Below are positions 1 through 9,514 of a stretch of DNA of 24,000 bases, piece after piece (the stretch's first letter is position 1; each line of letters begins with the position of its first letter). Both the position numbers and the translations under genes were made by a program. The notes below the pieces were generated by a model. The model did no database searches. It worked only from the letters and a program-made list of their open reading frames with translations, and was not told where the DNA came from. Origin of the DNA: Jiangellaceae bacterium (GTDB taxonomy: Bacteria; Actinomycetota; Actinomycetes; Jiangellales; Jiangellaceae); the NCBI GenBank assembly GCA_035656095.1, contig DASRTE010000167.1, positions 1-24,000 on the forward strand, read 5' to 3'.

Positions 1-228
1 CGTTTGGCGTCGTGGGTGCAGGCGCGGAAGGTCGAGGTGATCGCCGAGTCTGCCGGCCGTCGCCCGGGCCCGTTCGCCCCGGACCAGCCAGGCCGGTCGC
101 TGAGCGAGCTCGCCGCCGACGACATCGCTGCGCGGATGGCCGTCACCCGCCGTTCTGACGCACGTCCGCGAAACGCGGGCGCCGACCCGCGCACCTGCGC
201 GGCCCGTCTCGTGCAGCACACTGTGCGC

Positions 229-1425
229 GTGAAAGAGCGTTCGTTGTTCGGGGCCGCCGCGGCGGCCGCCCTGCTGCTCGCAGCGGCATGCTCCGGCCAG
301 GGCGGGTCCGCCGCTGCACCCACGGCGTCGCCGAGCGATGACACGCCGGCAAGCGCACCGACGCCGACCCCGCGCCCGCGGACGTTCAGCATCGTCGCCT
401 CGGGCGACGTTCTCCTGCACGAACGGCTGTGGCGACAGGCCGAGTCCGACGCCGCGCGGTCCGGGGCCGCAGTCATGGACTTCACCCCGCAACTGGCCAA
501 CATCGCGCCGGTTGTCTCGACCGCCGACCTGGCGATCTGCCATCTCGAAGTACCGTTGGCCTCGTCCGACGGCCCCTACTCCGGCTACCCCACGTTCGCC
601 GGCCCGCCGCAGGTGGTGACGGCCCTGGTGGACACCGGATACGACGCGTGCACGACGGCGTCGAACCACAGCTTCGACGCGGGTGCCGACGGAATCGAGC
701 GGACGCTTGCCGCACTCGACGCCGCGGGTCTGGCCCACGCCGGCTCGGCCCGAACACCCGAGGAGGCCGGCCTCACGACCACCGTCGACGTCGCCACCGG
801 GGAAGGACCGGTCCGCGTCGCGCTGCTGTCGTACACCTACGGCTTCAACGGCATCCCGTACCCGAACGGCGACACCTGGCGGGCGAACGAGATCGACGAG
901 GCGAGGATCCTGGCAGACGCGACCCGCGCGCGAGAGCGGGGCGCCGACGTCGTCGTCGTTGCCATGCACTGGGGCACGGAGTACGACCACGACCCCAACG
1001 AGCAGCAACTCGCCCTCGCCCCGCGGTTGATCGCATCGCCTGACATCGATCTGTTGCTCGGGCATCATGCCCACGTCGTCCAACCGGTGGAGAACATCGG
1101 CGGGGAGTGGGTCGTGTACGGCATGGGGAACCTGATGGCCAACCACGCGGAGCCCGAGGGGCCGAAGGCGGAGGGCGTGCTGCTGCGATTCACCTTCCGC
1201 GAGGACATGGCCGGGGGCCGCTTCACCACGACAAGGGCGGAGTATCTGCCGCTCTACCAGACCTACGAGTTCCCGGTCGAGGTCCTCGACGTGCCTGCGT
1301 CACTCGCCAGCGGCGACACGGGGACCACGACGGTGTCCCGGCTCGAGACGGCGCTGGCCCGGACCGCCGAGGTCGTCACCGCCCGCGGCGGAGCCGAGCA
1401 CGGGTTGGTGCCGCTGGCCCGGTGA
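229..1425 (+). CDS. CapA-family (PGA_cap, metallophosphoesterase-like) putative lipoprotein
   Basis: Track ORF 4..1425. The in-frame GTG at 229 gives MKERSLFGAAAAAALLLAAAC, with a basic n-region, an Ala/Leu core and a lipobox-like LAAAC. The mature part has CapA/calcineurin-like motifs SGDVLLHE, NHSFD, MHWGTEY and GHHAHV. The start is uncertain (229, ATG 136, or further upstream). Confidence 0.75.
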   Translation: MKERSLFGAAAAAALLLAAACSGQGGSAAAPTASPSDDTPASAPTPTPRPRTFSIVASGDVLLHERLWRQAESDAARSGAAVMDFTPQLANIAPVVSTADLAICHLEVPLASSDGPYSGYPTFAGPPQVVTALVDTGYDACTTASNHSFDAGADGIERTLAALDAAGLAHAGSARTPEEAGLTTTVDVATGEGPVRVALLSYTYGFNGIPYPNGDTWRANEIDEARILADATRARERGADVVVVAMHWGTEYDHDPNEQQLALAPRLIASPDIDLLLGHHAHVVQPVENIGGEWVVYGMGNLMANHAEPEGPKAEGVLLRFTFREDMAGGRFTTTRAEYLPLYQTYEFPVEVLDVPASLASGDTGTTTVSRLETALARTAEVVTARGGAEHGLVPLAR

Positions 1426-1536
1426 GCACGTCCCATGGCATTCGCGCTGGTTCGGAATCCGGCACGACCCGAACGGTGTGCCCTGGGTATCCTCGGCCGG
1501 TCACCTGACCTGTCGAGGCCTGCCGAGGAGACGATC

Positions 1537-3324
1537 GTGATCCTGCGGATGTCGACGCTGTTCCTGCGTACGCTGCGCGAGGATCCGGTCGACGCCGAGG
1601 TGCCGAGCCACCGCCTGCTGGTCCGCGCCGGCTATGTCCGTCGGGTTGCACCCGGCATCTTCTCCTGGTTGCCGCTGGGCTACCGGGTCTTCCGCAACGT
1701 CGAGCAGATCATCCGCGAGGAGATGGACCGCTTCGGCGCGCAGGAGGTGCATTTCCCTGCGCTGCTGCCCCGCGAGCCGTACGAGGCCAGCGGCAGATGG
1801 ACCACCTACGGAGAGGGCATCTTCCGGCTCCGGGACCGCAAGGGCGGCGACTACCTTCTCGGTCCCACGCACGAGGAGTTGTTCACCCTGCTGGTCAAGG
1901 ACCTGTTCTCCTCGTACAGGGACCTTCCGCTGTCGCTCTACCAGATCCAGACCAAGTACCGCGACGAACCTCGGCCCCGCGCGGGTCTGCTCCGCGGGCG
2001 TGAGTTCGTCATGAAGGACTCGTACTCCTTCGACGTGGACGACGCCGGCCTCCAGCGCTCCTACGACCAGCACCGCGAGGCGTACATCCGGGCATTCGAC
2101 CGGCTCGGCCTGGACTACGTCATCGTCTCCGCGATGTCGGGTGCCATGGGCGGCAACGTCAGCGAGGAGTTCCTCGCGCCGTGCGAGTTCGGCGAGGACA
2201 CCTTCGTCCGGTCGGCGGGCGGCTACGCCGCGAACGTGGAGGCGGTCACGACACCCGCGCCCGACCGCGTTGCGTACGACGACGTACCGGCCGCGCACGT
2301 CGAGGACACGCCCGATACACCGACCATCGAAACCCTCGTCGCGCTGGCCAACGCGCGGTTCCCGCGATCGGACCGCCCCTGGACAGCGGCCGACACGCTC
2401 AAGAACGTGGTCGTCACGCTGCGGCAACCGGACGGAACCCGCGAGGCGCTCGTGGTCGGCGTGCCCGGAGACCGCGAGGTCGACATCAAGCGGTTGGAGG
2501 CAGCGGTCACGCCGGCCGAGCCCGAGGCCTTCACCGAGGCCGACTTCGCCGGCCATCCCACGCTGGTCCGCGGCTACATCGGGCCGGCGGCCTTCGACGG
2601 CGACGGGCCCGGCCCGTACCTCGGCGCCGAGGCCCCGGCCAAGGTGCGGTACCTGCTGGACCCGCGCGTCGTCGAAGGCACCCGCTGGGTCACCGGTGCG
2701 AACGCCGAAGGAAGGCACGTGTTCGACCTCGTCGCCGGGCGCGACTTCAGCGCCGACGGGACGATCGAGGCCGCCGAGGTACGCGACGGTGACCCCGCCC
2801 CGGACGGGTCCGGTCCCGTCGAGCTGGCTCGCGGCATCGAGATCGGGCACATCTTCCAACTCGGCCGGTGGTTCGCCGAGGCGCTCGACCTGAAGGTTCT
2901 CGACGAGAACGGCAGGCTCGTCACCGTCACCATGGGCTCGTACGGGATCGGGGTCTCACGTGCTGTCGCCGCCGTCGCCGAGCAGACCCACGACGACGCC
3001 GGCCTGTGCTGGCCCCGCGAGGTGGCGCCCGCCGACGTCCACCTGGTGGCGGCGGGCCGCGACGACGCGGTGTTCGACGCTGCCGACCGCTTGGCGTCGT
3101 CGCTGGAGCAGGCCGGTGTTCAGGTGCTGTACGACGACCGGCGCGGCGTGTCGCCCGGCGTGAAGTTCAACGACTCGGAGCTGCTCGGCATGCCGACGAT
3201 CGTGGTGGTGGGCCGCGGCCTGGCAACAGGCACCGTCGAGGTCAAGGACCGCAGGAGCGGAGAACGGATCGACGTCGCGCTCGACGATGCCGTCGACCAC
3301 CTCGTCGAGCTCGTTCGGATGTGA
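1537..3324 (+). CDS. proS: Proline--tRNA ligase (bacterial type with editing insertion)
   Basis: Track ORF 1435..3324. The N-terminus (V)[47 protein letters not shown] matches the conserved ProS N-terminus (mycobacterial ProS begins MITRMSELFLRTL, from memory). The GTG at 1537 lies 7 nt after GAGGAG (1524-1529). ATG 1549 is an alternative start. Confidence 0.95.
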   Translation: MILRMSTLFLRTLREDPVDAEVPSHRLLVRAGYVRRVAPGIFSWLPLGYRVFRNVEQIIREEMDRFGAQEVHFPALLPREPYEASGRWTTYGEGIFRLRDRKGGDYLLGPTHEELFTLLVKDLFSSYRDLPLSLYQIQTKYRDEPRPRAGLLRGREFVMKDSYSFDVDDAGLQRSYDQHREAYIRAFDRLGLDYVIVSAMSGAMGGNVSEEFLAPCEFGEDTFVRSAGGYAANVEAVTTPAPDRVAYDDVPAAHVEDTPDTPTIETLVALANARFPRSDRPWTAADTLKNVVVTLRQPDGTREALVVGVPGDREVDIKRLEAAVTPAEPEAFTEADFAGHPTLVRGYIGPAAFDGDGPGPYLGAEAPAKVRYLLDPRVVEGTRWVTGANAEGRHVFDLVAGRDFSADGTIEAAEVRDGDPAPDGSGPVELARGIEIGHIFQLGRWFAEALDLKVLDENGRLVTVTMGSYGIGVSRAVAAVAEQTHDDAGLCWPREVAPADVHLVAAGRDDAVFDAADRLASSLEQAGVQVLYDDRRGVSPGVKFNDSELLGMPTIVVVGRGLATGTVEVKDRRSGERIDVALDDAVDHLVELVRM

Positions 3325-3366
3325 CTGCGCTGTACCCGTGGACGCGCACGTTCGTGCGGATATTGC

Positions 3367-3396
3367 TTGACATGGTGCGGCCGTCGGCGTCATCCT
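3367..3396 (+). promoter_or_regulatory. Candidate hipBA promoter (TTGACA, 18 nt, CATCCT)
   Basis: A perfect -35 hexamer TTGACA sits at 3367-3372 in a locally AT-richer patch. An imperfect -10 CATCCT lies at 3391-3396 after an 18-nt spacer. TATGAT at 3409-3414 is a better -10 hexamer but is spaced too far from the -35. Sequence resemblance only. Confidence 0.3.
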
Positions 3397-3445
3397 CCTT
3401 GAGTTACGTATGATCGTGCGTATTCACGAGACGAGAGTGGCGGAT

Positions 3446-3676
3446 ATGCCAGCATCGGGTCGGAAACCGCACGGACGCGCGGGTTTGGCCGCGTTAGTTC
3501 GTACGCGACGACGGCGGCTCGACCTGCGCCAGGAAGATCTCGCGGACCTGGCCGGTGTCTCGCTGCGCTTTGTGCAGGCACTCGAGGCGGGCAAGGCGAC
3601 GGTCCAACTGGATCGGGTCGAAGCCGTGCTGGAGGTCCTGGGTCTGCGCCTCACGGTCGAACCGGTGCCGCGGTGA
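3446..3676 (+). CDS. hipB: XRE-family HTH antitoxin, HipB-like
   Basis: Track ORF 3410..3676. The HTH core is LRQEDLADLAGVSLRFVQALEAGKATVQLDRVEAVLEVLGLRL. The stop overlaps the hipA start (GTGA at 3673-3676). I prefer ATG 3446 because GAGAG lies 8 nt upstream, giving a 76-aa product. ATG 3410 (88 aa) is the alternative start. Confidence 0.8.
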   Translation: MPASGRKPHGRAGLAALVRTRRRRLDLRQEDLADLAGVSLRFVQALEAGKATVQLDRVEAVLEVLGLRLTVEPVPR

Positions 3677-4884
3677 CGATCGACCTGCAGGAGCTCACCG
3701 GCGTCGACCGGGCAGTCGTCTACAAGAAGGGCCGACCGGCTGCACGGCTGACCCGCAGCGAGGACGGCGTCGAGTTCTCCTACCTGCCCGAGTACGTCGG
3801 CGAGGGTGGCGCACCGGTCGCCACGACATTGCCCGTGACCGCCGAGCCCGAGTTCCGCCCGGCCGGCGCGGTGCCGCCATTCTTCGCCGGCCTGCTCCCG
3901 GAGGGTCGACGGTTGTCGGCCCTGCGGGCGGCGGTGAAGACCAGCGGCGACGACGAGCTCAGCCTGCTCCTCGCGGTGGGCGGTGACACCGTCGGCGACG
4001 TCCAGATCCTTCCGGAGGGCGCCGACCCCGTCGCCGTCGAGCCACGCGTCCGCGTCGCCGACTGGTCCGAGGTCTCCTTCGCCGATCTGTTCGTCGAGGA
4101 TGTCGCCGGAGCCGTCGACCGGGTCGGCATTCCCGGCGTGCAGGACAAGGTCTCCGCGGCCATGATCGCGTTCCCGGCGTCGGCGAGCGGTCAACGGCAC
4201 ATCCTCAAGCTGGACCCGCCGGAGTTCCCCCACCTGGTCGAGAACGAGGCGTTCATGCTCGCGGCGGCACGGCGCAGCGGTCTCCCGACGGTCGACGCCG
4301 AGATCGTCAGGGACCGCGACGGCGCTCTCGGGCTGCTGGTCGGGCGCTTCGATCGGCTCCCGGACGGCACCATGCTCGCCGTCGAGGACGGCTGTCAGGT
4401 GCTCGGACGTTACCCGGCCGCCAAGTACGCACTGACGACGGAGGCCGTGTGCACCGCCGTGGCGACGGCCACCGACGCACCGATCGTCGCCGGCCGGGTG
4501 CTGCTGCGCTGGGTCGCCGTCGCCTACGTGACGTGCAACGGCGACCTGCACGCGAAAAACCTGGCGGTCGGCGAACGGCCGGACGGCAGCTACCGGGTGA
4601 CCCCTGCCTACGACCTGCCGTCGAGCTATCCGTACGGTGACCTCACCCTGGCACTCAGCATCAACGGCAAGCGCCGGGAGGACGTCGCACGCGGCGACCT
4701 GATGGCGCTGGCGGCCGCCGTGCGTGTGCCGGACCGTGCGGCCGCGAAGGTGATCGACGACGTCGTGGGCCGCGTGGACTCGTGGCTGCCGGAGCTCTCG
4801 GAGTTGCCCTACGACGTCGGCGTGCTCACGAAGTGGCGCCGGGCCGTCACTTACCGAGCCCGGCAGCTCTCGCGGCATCGCTGA
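3673..4884 (+). CDS. hipA: HipA-family serine/threonine kinase toxin (type II TA)
   Basis: 403 aa. The N-terminal HipA coupling domain contains FFAGLLPEG. The P-loop-like motif is GIPGVQDKVSA, the catalytic motif is NGDLHAKNLAV, and the Mg-binding motif is PAYDL. The gene is translationally coupled to the upstream HTH gene. Confidence 0.9.
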   Translation: MTIDLQELTGVDRAVVYKKGRPAARLTRSEDGVEFSYLPEYVGEGGAPVATTLPVTAEPEFRPAGAVPPFFAGLLPEGRRLSALRAAVKTSGDDELSLLLAVGGDTVGDVQILPEGADPVAVEPRVRVADWSEVSFADLFVEDVAGAVDRVGIPGVQDKVSAAMIAFPASASGQRHILKLDPPEFPHLVENEAFMLAAARRSGLPTVDAEIVRDRDGALGLLVGRFDRLPDGTMLAVEDGCQVLGRYPAAKYALTTEAVCTAVATATDAPIVAGRVLLRWVAVAYVTCNGDLHAKNLAVGERPDGSYRVTPAYDLPSSYPYGDLTLALSINGKRREDVARGDLMALAAAVRVPDRAAAKVIDDVVGRVDSWLPELSELPYDVGVLTKWRRAVTYRARQLSRHR

Positions 4885-4953
4885 ACCCCGAGCCCTTGCC
4901 GGAGACCTGTCCGCCAGTCACGCTGGAGAGGGCGACCACCGGAAGGGGCGGCC

Positions 4954-6366
4954 GTGGACGGTGCCGCGTACGACTACGACATGCTCGTCATCGGCTCGGG
5001 ACCCGGCGGCCAGAAGGCGGCCATCGGTGCCGCCAAGCTCGGCAAGCGAGTCTGTGTCGTCGAGCGCCGGCACATGGTGGGCGGTGCCTGCGTCAACACG
5101 GGCACGATCCCGTCCAAGACGTTGCGCGAGGCGGTCCTGTACCTCACCGGCCTGTCCATGCGCGAGCTGTACGGGCAGTCATACCGGGTCAAGAACGAGA
5201 TCACGGTCCAGGACCTGCTCGCGCGCACCCAGCACGTGATCGGCCGCGAGATCGAGGTCGTGCGGTCACAGCTGTTCCGCAACCACGTCGACCTCGTCAT
5301 CGGCACGGCCCGGTTCGCCGACCCGCACGCGGTCGAGGTGGACGGTGCGGGCGACCGTCGTCGTCTCACCGCTGACGTGGTCGTCATCGCCACCGGGTCG
5401 CGACCGGCCCGCCCGGCCCACGTCGAGTTCGACGACGGCCGGGTCGTCGACTCCGACGGGATCCTGTCGCTGGAGCGGATTCCGGACACCATGGTGGTGG
5501 TCGGCGCCGGCGTCATCGGGATCGAGTACGCGTCGATGTTCGCCGCTCTGGGCACCCGGGTCACGGTCGTCGAGAGGCGCGACACGATGCTCGAGTTCTG
5601 CGACCCCGAGGTGGTCGAGTCGCTGAAGTTCCACCTTCGCGACCTGTCGGTCACGTTCCGGTTCGGCGAGGAGGTCGAGAAGGTCGCCGTCGGCAGCCAG
5701 GGGACGGTCACGACCCTGGTCAGCGGCAAGCGCGTCGCTGCCGAGACGGTCATGTACTCGGCCGGGCGACAGGGGGTCACCGACGAGCTCGACCTGGCTG
5801 CGGCCGGCCTGGCCGCGGACGAAAGGGGCCGGATCGCAGTCGACCCGTGGTACCGGACGCCGGTGCCGCACATGTTCGCCGTCGGCGACGTCATCGGCTT
5901 CCCCGCCCTGGCGGCGACGAGCATGGACCAGGGCCGGTTGGCGGCGCTGCACGCCTTCGGCGTGCCGGCCAACGAGCTCCAGGACATCCAGCCCATCGGC
6001 ATCTACACCATCCCGGAGATCTCCTTCTGCGGACGCACCGAGGTCGAGCTCACCGACGCCGCCGTACCCTACGAGGTGGGCGTCTCGCGCTATCGCGAGC
6101 TGGCCAGAGGCCAGATCGTCGGTGACTCCTACGGGATGCTCAAGCTGCTGGTCTCGACCGCGACCCGACACGTGCTCGGCGTCCACGTCTTCGGAACCGG
6201 CGCCACCGACCTGGTCCACATCGGGCAGGCGGTGATGGGGTGCGGTGGCACCGTCGACTACCTGGTCGACACCGTCTTCAACTATCCGACGTTGTCCGAG
6301 GCCTACAAGGTGGCCGCGCTCGACGCCACGAACAAGCTCCGTGCGGTCGACCGCATGGACCTGTGA
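4954..6366 (+). CDS. sthA: Soluble pyridine nucleotide transhydrogenase (Si-specific NAD(P)+ transhydrogenase)
   Basis: 470 aa. FAD fold [31 protein letters not shown] has a single Cys and the GTIPSK signature, whereas lipoamide dehydrogenases carry a CxxxxC disulfide. Second Rossmann motif [15 protein letters not shown] start at 4954, preceded by GGAAGGGG (4941-4948). Confidence 0.88.
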   Translation: MDGAAYDYDMLVIGSGPGGQKAAIGAAKLGKRVCVVERRHMVGGACVNTGTIPSKTLREAVLYLTGLSMRELYGQSYRVKNEITVQDLLARTQHVIGREIEVVRSQLFRNHVDLVIGTARFADPHAVEVDGAGDRRRLTADVVVIATGSRPARPAHVEFDDGRVVDSDGILSLERIPDTMVVVGAGVIGIEYASMFAALGTRVTVVERRDTMLEFCDPEVVESLKFHLRDLSVTFRFGEEVEKVAVGSQGTVTTLVSGKRVAAETVMYSAGRQGVTDELDLAAAGLAADERGRIAVDPWYRTPVPHMFAVGDVIGFPALAATSMDQGRLAALHAFGVPANELQDIQPIGIYTIPEISFCGRTEVELTDAAVPYEVGVSRYRELARGQIVGDSYGMLKLLVSTATRHVLGVHVFGTGATDLVHIGQAVMGCGGTVDYLVDTVFNYPTLSEAYKVAALDATNKLRAVDRMDL

Positions 6367-6370
6367 GCGG

Positions 6371-6793
6371 TCACTCCGGGACCGGGTCCAGGCCCGGCAG
6401 CGCCGTGGTCCGTCCGATCCAGCCGGCGGACCTCACCGAGGCCTCGACGAGGGCACGCGCTGCCATCTCGCGCATCACCGGACTGGCGGCGACCGCTACG
6501 AGATCGGCATAGAGGGGCGCCAACCGTTCCTCGAGCAGGCCGGCGAGCCGGCTCGCGGTCGTCGCGTCGGTCACCGCGAAGGGCACCCCGTACGCGGGAA
6601 GCGCAGCCACCGGCTCGGCACTGCGGGCACGGACCTGGGCCACGAGCAGGTCCCGCCGTGCCTTGTGCGACTCGTACGCGGCCCGCGCGGCGGGCTCGTC
6701 TCGAGTGGCGGCGTGCGCCCCGACCAGGCCGTAGCCGTATACGCAGGCATGCTCGCCGGCCAGGGCCGCCTGCAGGGCGTCGAGGATGCTCAC
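6371..6793 (-). CDS. DUF4439 ferritin-like domain protein (no signal peptide)
   Basis: Track ORF 6371..6832. The GTG at 6793 overlaps the stop of the upstream gene by 4 nt (GTGA). The N-terminus (V)SILDALQAALAGEHACVYGYGLVGAH followed by AAYESHKARRD is the typical DUF4439 pattern as I recall it. Confidence 0.75.
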   Translation of the reverse strand: MSILDALQAALAGEHACVYGYGLVGAHAATRDEPAARAAYESHKARRDLLVAQVRARSAEPVAALPAYGVPFAVTDATTASRLAGLLEERLAPLYADLVAVAASPVMREMAARALVEASVRSAGWIGRTTALPGLDPVPE

Positions 6794-7350
6794 GGCTCCT
6801 GCCCCAGTAGGACGTCGTGCGCGGCCTCGCACGCTGCGACCGCGGCCAGGACCTCGGCGAGTGGCCGATCCTCACTGCGCAGGCAGTCGGCGATGCGCGC
6901 GTCCGCCGCGGCACGTTCGGCGGCGCGCAGCGCAACCACCGCGGCGGCGAGGTCGGCCGGGACGTGGGGCCTCGGCACCGCCTCGGGCGTGGGGGATTCC
7001 CCGTCCCGACCCGGCGAGGCGGTCCCGGCCGGCGTCGACGGAGTGGCTGTGGTCACCGGGCCGGAGGACTCGACGACGGCCAGGTGCCGACCATGGTGAA
7101 CGGCGAACGGCAACAGCCGGTCGGCCAGAGTGGGGTGCTGCGCACTTGTCGCCGCGTAGAGCGCGAGCATGGTCCGTTCAGCGGCGGCCACGCGACCGCG
7201 AAGCAGGGCATCGGGCTCCGGGGGCGGCGGAACCTGGTCCGTCGGTGGCGACGGCGCCCCGGTGCATGCGGCGAGCGAGATCGCCGCCGTTCCCAGCAGG
7301 ACGCCGCGACGGGACGGCCGCGTCGCCCCGTCGACTCCAGCACCCGGCAT
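6790..7350 (-). CDS. Tat-signal lipoprotein, Ala-rich partner of the DUF4439 protein (possibly ferritin-like)
   Basis: Track ORF 6790..7524. ATG 7350 gives MPGAGVDGATRPSRRGVLLGTAAISLAACTG, combining a twin-arginine motif SRRGVLL with a lipobox LAAC. A Pro/Thr-rich linker sits mid-protein. An ExxH motif (CEAAHD) lies near the C-terminus. Confidence 0.7.
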   Translation of the reverse strand: MPGAGVDGATRPSRRGVLLGTAAISLAACTGAPSPPTDQVPPPPEPDALLRGRVAAAERTMLALYAATSAQHPTLADRLLPFAVHHGRHLAVVESSGPVTTATPSTPAGTASPGRDGESPTPEAVPRPHVPADLAAAVVALRAAERAAADARIADCLRSEDRPLAEVLAAVAACEAAHDVLLGQEP

Positions 7351-7526
7351 CGGGACACCGTAGGACACGATCGGCGCCAGGCCTCGCACCACCTGTGGCG
7401 ACCTCTCGAGATCGGGCGTCGTGCTGATCGTCAGGTGGGGACCAGACCGGTAGTCTGGCGGTACCGGGCCCGGCTGGCGTCGGCCCCGTGTGCTGCCCGA
7501 CAACTCGACAGCGAGGAGGCTCACCG

Positions 7527-8000
7527 ATGGGGTTCCCGAGCCGTGACCTTCTCCGCGAGATCGTCGAACCCCTGGCCGCCGCTCACGGCGTCGACCTCGA
7601 GGACGTCGAGGTCACGCCGGCCGGTCGGCGCAGGCGGGTCTCCGTGGTCGTCGACGCCGACGGCGGTGTCGACCTCGACCGCTGCGCCGAGGTCTCACGG
7701 GCGGTGTCCGCGGCGCTCGACGAGTCCGACGTCATGGGCGAGACCCCGTACACCCTCGAGGTGAGCTCGCCGGGCGTGTCCCGGCCGCTGACGATGCCCC
7801 GGCACTGGCGACGCAACGTGGGACGACTGGTCAGGCTCGGCCTGCGCGACAGTGGCGACCTCGTGGGCCGCATCGAGACCGCCGACGACACCGGCGTGGT
7901 CCTCGAGATCGACGGCACCGCCCGGCGGCTGGCCTACGACGCGATCGGCGCGGCCCGAATCCAGGTCGAGTTCCGCCGCACCGACGAGGTGGAGGTGTGA
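7527..8000 (+). CDS. rimP: Ribosome maturation factor RimP
   Basis: Track ORF 7488..8000. The ATG at 7527 follows GAGGAGG (7513-7519). Conserved region [14 protein letters not shown]. Position immediately upstream of nusA. Confidence 0.9.
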   Translation: MGFPSRDLLREIVEPLAAAHGVDLEDVEVTPAGRRRRVSVVVDADGGVDLDRCAEVSRAVSAALDESDVMGETPYTLEVSSPGVSRPLTMPRHWRRNVGRLVRLGLRDSGDLVGRIETADDTGVVLEIDGTARRLAYDAIGAARIQVEFRRTDEVEV

Positions 8001-8004
8001 CCCC

Positions 8005-9054
8005 GTGGACATCGACCTGTCGGTCTTGCGCGCCTTGGAGCGGGAGAAGGAGATCTCCTTCGACCTCGTCGTCGAGGCGCTCGAGCAGGCGCTGCTGGTG
8101 GCCTACGAGCGCACCGGCGGAGCCCGCGCGCATGCCCGCGTGCAGCTCGACCGCAAGAGCGGCCATGTCACGGTGTGGGCACAAGAGGTCGACGAGCAGG
8201 GCACCGTCCTGTCCGAATGGGACGACACACCCGAAGGATTCGGCCGCATCGCGGCGACCACCGCGAAGCAGGTGATCCTGCAGCGCCTACGCGATGCCGA
8301 GGACGAGGTCACCTTCGGCGAGTTCGTCGGCAAGGAGGGCGACGTCCTGTCCGGGACCATCCAGCAGGGTCGCGATCCTCGGGCGGTTCTCGTGGACCTC
8401 GGCAAGGTGGAGGCTGTGCTTCCGGCACAGGAGCAGGTGCCCGGCGAACGCTACGAGCACGGCAGCAGGATCAAGTGCTACGTGCTCCAGGTCCGCAGAG
8501 GCATGCGCGGGCCGTTGGTCACGCTGTCGCGGACCCACCCGAACCTGGTCAAGAAGCTGTTCGCGCTCGAGGTCCCGGAGATTGCCGACGGCACGGTCGA
8601 GATCGCCGGGATCGCCCGGGAAGCGGGACACCGCAGCAAGATCGCCGTCAGGTCGACGAAGCCCGGCGTCAACGCCAAGGGGGCGTGCATCGGACCGATG
8701 GGCTCGCGGGTTCGTGCGGTCATGGCCGAGTTGCACGGCGAGAAGATCGACATCGTGGACTGGTCCGACGATCCGGCCGAACTGGTGGCCCACGCTCTGT
8801 CGCCGGCCCGCGTGCAGCGGGTCGAGGTCGTCGACGCCGAGGCGCGCGCAGCCCGCGTGACGGTTCCCGACTACCAGTTGTCGCTGGCGATCGGCCGGGA
8901 AGGGCAGAATGCCCGGTTGGCTGCGCGGTTGACCGGGTGGCGCATCGACATCCGTCCCGACACGGCCGGATCCGACCCGGGTACACAGTCCGGCACGGAC
9001 GTCGTCCACGACACCGGCGACGTCACGGCGATGCCCGACTCGGCCGGTACGTGA
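8005..9054 (+). CDS. nusA: Transcription termination/antitermination factor NusA
   Basis: Track ORF 7852..9054. The GTG at 8005 follows GAGGTGGAGG (7986-7995). The N-terminus is [37 protein letters not shown]. It has an S1 domain ([10 protein letters not shown]) and KH motifs ([38 protein letters not shown]). Confidence 0.95.
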   Translation: MDIDLSVLRALEREKEISFDLVVEALEQALLVAYERTGGARAHARVQLDRKSGHVTVWAQEVDEQGTVLSEWDDTPEGFGRIAATTAKQVILQRLRDAEDEVTFGEFVGKEGDVLSGTIQQGRDPRAVLVDLGKVEAVLPAQEQVPGERYEHGSRIKCYVLQVRRGMRGPLVTLSRTHPNLVKKLFALEVPEIADGTVEIAGIAREAGHRSKIAVRSTKPGVNAKGACIGPMGSRVRAVMAELHGEKIDIVDWSDDPAELVAHALSPARVQRVEVVDAEARAARVTVPDYQLSLAIGREGQNARLAARLTGWRIDIRPDTAGSDPGTQSGTDVVHDTGDVTAMPDSAGT

Positions 9055-9067
9055 TCAGGCGGTAGAC

Positions 9068-9421
9068 TTGTCGACGGAACACCGTGCGGCCATCCGGCCA
9101 CCCGTGCGCACCTGCGTGGGTTGCCGTGTCCGCACGGGCAAGTCCGACCTGCTGCGTGTCGTGGCGGTCGCGGACGGCACCGACGCCCAGGGGGCCCGGT
9201 CGCTCGCTCTCGATCGTCGTGGCCGGCTCCCGGGCCGGGGCGCGTACCTGCATCCCGACCTGCGGTGCCTCGACCTCGCCGAGCGCCGTCGGGCGTTCCC
9301 CCGGGCCTTACGCCTGACGGGGTCGCTCGACACCTCCGCGCTGCGACGCTGGATCGAGGAGCAGGGGGCCGCCGGCTCGGCATCCGGTCCGGCGGCGACT
9401 GGCCGAGAAATGGAGACATGA
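9068..9421 (+). CDS. ylxR: YlxR/RnpM-family (DUF448) RNA-binding protein
   Basis: RTCVGCRVRTGKSDLLRV and GRGAYLHP are the DUF448 signatures. Conserved position between nusA and infB. The TTG start at 9068 has AGGCGG 5 nt upstream. GTG 9104 is an alternative start with no SD. Confidence 0.8.
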   Translation: MSTEHRAAIRPPVRTCVGCRVRTGKSDLLRVVAVADGTDAQGARSLALDRRGRLPGRGAYLHPDLRCLDLAERRRAFPRALRLTGSLDTSALRRWIEEQGAAGSASGPAATGREMET

Positions 9422-9514
9422 CGTGACGCTCAAGGGCGCTCGATGAGCACGCAGCTATGAGCACGCGCACCACCTAGCCGGTCCGAGCCGACGCCCGGGC
9501 CGAGAAGGAGAGCA

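Noticed and set aside
3345-3358. A small hairpin (CGCAC/GTGCG, loop GTTC) after the proS stop, considered as a terminator.
   Set aside because: It has only a 5-bp stem and no convincing U-tract. That is too weak to call.
3352-3447. Repeated motifs around the hipB start: CGGATAT at 3357-63 and 3441-47, and TCGTGCG at 3352-58 and 3414-20. GGATA recalls the E. coli HipB operator half-site (TATCC-N8-GGATA).
   Set aside because: No TATCC partner lies at the expected spacing. The repeats are short (7 nt) and are direct rather than inverted. That is not enough to call operators.
7427-7472. Elements in the rimP leader: possible promoter TCGTCA, 17 nt, TAGTCT (7427-7455); a 6-bp hairpin CCAGAC/GTCTGG (7441-7457); and the palindrome CCGGGCCCGG (7463-7472).
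   Set aside because: The hexamers match consensus poorly, the stem is short, and GC palindromes of this size are common in high-GC DNA. NusA-dependent leader attenuation is plausible but not supportable from sequence alone.
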